Part shown: positions 31,545-33,525 of the stretch, piece by piece
How the letters are laid out: every line of letters begins with the position of its first letter
How positions within the stretch are numbered: the first letter of the stretch is position 1
Assembly: GCA_032718475.1 (NCBI GenBank)
Contig: JAUCBJ010001548.1
Coordinates: 1-33,525, forward strand
DNA from: Nemertoderma westbladi
Taxonomy: Eukaryota > Animalia > Xenacoelomorpha
Reading direction: 5' to 3'
DNA: 33,525 bases
Position numbers and translations under genes: made by a program
Notes under the pieces: generated by a model
The model's input: only the letters and a program-made list of their open reading frames with translations
Database searches by the model: none
What the model was told of the DNA's origin: nothing

Positions 31545-32454
31545 CCAGGTTGGAATTCATGCTGCAAAACTCGGACGCGTACCTGCGCGAATGACCGCAA
31601 ACCAGATGCGCGTTGCGCGTTTGGGTGAGACAGGTGCGCGTTCGGGTGTGAGACAGGTGCGCGTTGCGCCTCAGCGCGCAGCTCTGCCTCTGATGCGCAC
31701 CACAAATTAATTGAAATCACGAAAATACACAAAAAAATTTCGCTCGCTGCGCTCGCATTAATTTCTCATTTCCAATTCTTCAAACAGTCAAATCACTTCA
31801 CCATAGTACTGTAATACCGGCAACCGGAGCTGAATTTGTCTATTTATTTTAACTACAGTACTCTATTGTTGTATTGTTATTAGGTCTATGCAGCTATGCT
31901 ATGCCGATGTTACGTTAGTAAACAGGTAAAGTCAGAAAGTAACAATGTATTATAAGTATGACTTAATTATAAGCCAACTGTATGTTTAAGCCTAATTGTT
32001 AGGTAGGCCTATACAAAGTATTATTGGCAGACTGGTACCTATTTCAATATTCGTTTTTTTGAAATTACCGGTACATGTTTTGTTTGTAATCTAAAATAAT
32101 ATTTTCTGTTATAAAAGCAGTGAGCCCGATGGGCCACCATAGTAGTGGATTAAAAAAATATTTTTTAATATTAACAATTTTGATGTTGCAAAAATTACAT
32201 TTATTATGTAAGCCTAGATTCAACGTACAGACAGACAGACGTAAAGATAAGCTTAAAACGCTCAAACTTGTAAAATAGGAATGTAAAATTGTTCTTATGA
32301 ACTGTGCGATTTTTTGAGATATGCATGACATGAGCTGCGCGATTTTGTTTGGATTATGACATATGATGAGGTGCGCGACGAGCCAATTTCAGGTGCGCGG
32401 TGATTTCAAAACAACAAAGCGTACCTGCGCGCTCATGCATGAATTCCAACCTGG
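31545..32454. mobile_element. hAT-like MITE (910 bp)
   Basis: Perfect 18-bp TIR CCAGGTTGGAATTCATGC and 8-bp TSD TACATGCC (31537-31544 and 32455-32462). GCGC-rich subterminal motifs. Confidence 0.92.
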
Positions 32455-32483
32455 TACATGCCTTTTATTTGGGAGGGGAGTAT

Positions 32484-32673
32484 GTGGAGATTACTATAAA
32501 CTATAGAGGGAAATTTAAAATGTTGTACTGGACTATACCTGTATACTGCTGTAATGCTATTAGGCTAGGTATTGTAACTAACAACATACTGAACTGCTGT
32601 GTAGTACCGGTAGGCTAGGAAGCCTACTTAGCGTAACACACTACCAGACTACATTGCTGTATTGTACTACATT
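32484..32673. repeat. Direct repeat of about 30824-31033
   Basis: Shared GTGGAGATTACTATAAACTATAGAGGG...GTATTGTACTACATTA with small indels. Confidence 0.85.
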
Positions 32674-32915
32674 ATGTATGTATACTATAACTTAATGTTA
32701 TAATTTAGATAAAACCTTTTTTCTTTCTGGAGAGGCAGATATAAGGGGATTCGGCTAGGGGATGAGCTGATGAGGTGGATTGGATGGAAGAGGCACCGAT
32801 ACCAGGATACAGTCAACATCTGGCTGCAGGGAATGCTGATACCGGGGGGGGGGGGGGGTCCGAGGGCGACTTTGGGATTGGGAGGAAGAGACCGAGAGCG
32901 ATGGAGGGGTGGAGG

Positions 32916-33525
32916 CATGGTTGGCAAATCTCGGGATATCCCGGGAAGGATTTCCCGGGAAATCCCGCAGTATTTCCCGGGATTTTGGTCCAAAATCCCG
33001 GGAAATTCGGGATATTGTTAATATATAATTTATATATATAATTTAATATGTTTTTCTATATCTTTAAGAAATATTCATTCATATTATGCTACAGAAAATA
33101 TTAATAAGTAGAAGAATTAGATTACAGATATTAGAAAGTATTATCAATATAATTAGTAAACCAGTGTTAACCAAATTGAGAACCAAATTGAAATTAACCA
33201 AACTATCTTGAGACCATTTGGTAGGGTGTAGTTTGCGGCATTTAGCTACATGAATTTTTCGGTTGTCAATTCTAGTTGATACCTTTGTGCCACATGCAAA
33301 GCAGTTAGATTCCTGGCTGAAAAATGCATGGACTTCAGACCTGGGTTTACTACCACTACCACCACCAGTAGCCATTTAAAAAAAATTATAGTATATTTCA
33401 TAAACAAAATAGGCCTACACACAACTATCTAACTTTATTAAACAAAATACAGCTAGGCCTACGGTACACTGTACTGTCAGTCAGTCATGTACTACAATGA
33501 AGTAGCCAACCACTATTCAGCAGTC
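32916..33525 (-). mobile_element. Probable internally deleted hAT element: terminus with TCCCGGGA subterminal repeats plus a BED-finger-like ORF start (33375 down to about 33200)
   Basis: CATGGTTGGCAAATC resembles hAT termini. TCCCGGGA repeats at 32930-33015. The ORF RSEVHAFF..CFAC..HVAKC is BED-zinc-finger-like and then runs into low-complexity sequence. Confidence 0.55.

Noticed and set aside
32685-33041. Overlapping Pro/Gly-rich ORFs
   Set aside because: They arise from a G-run and TCCCGGGA subterminal repeats.

Overview
This is eukaryotic DNA, most likely from an AT-rich invertebrate animal genome, and it is dominated by transposons. It holds three CsRn1-clade-like Gypsy LTR retrotransposons on the minus strand. 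One (1-4391) is intact with apparently identical LTRs. A second intact one (21541-26156, 5-bp TSD, unusual TA...TA ends) is nested in a decayed third (20359-27479). All three carry a -1 frameshift signal between gag and pol. Between the elements lies a ~4-kb segmental duplication (about 4787-9135 and 13018-17091). Each copy carries a two-exon C2H2 zinc-finger gene with a conserved but unrecognised N-terminal domain and divergent DNA-contact residues. The two copies are separated by a zinc-finger pseudogene and an intronless, frameshifted pair of ORFan/virus-like ORFs (10966-12320). An intact IS3EU-type DDE transposase (17371-18850) is split by a 295-bp intron bounded by perfect 16-bp inverted repeats that include the splice donor, which makes it introner-like. 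It is followed by 22 copies of a 22-bp palindromic repeat and a foldback minisatellite. The rest is a CR1 LINE fragment and several MITEs (Kolobok-like, Tc1/mariner-like, hAT-like). Family names come from motif recognition only; no database searches were run.
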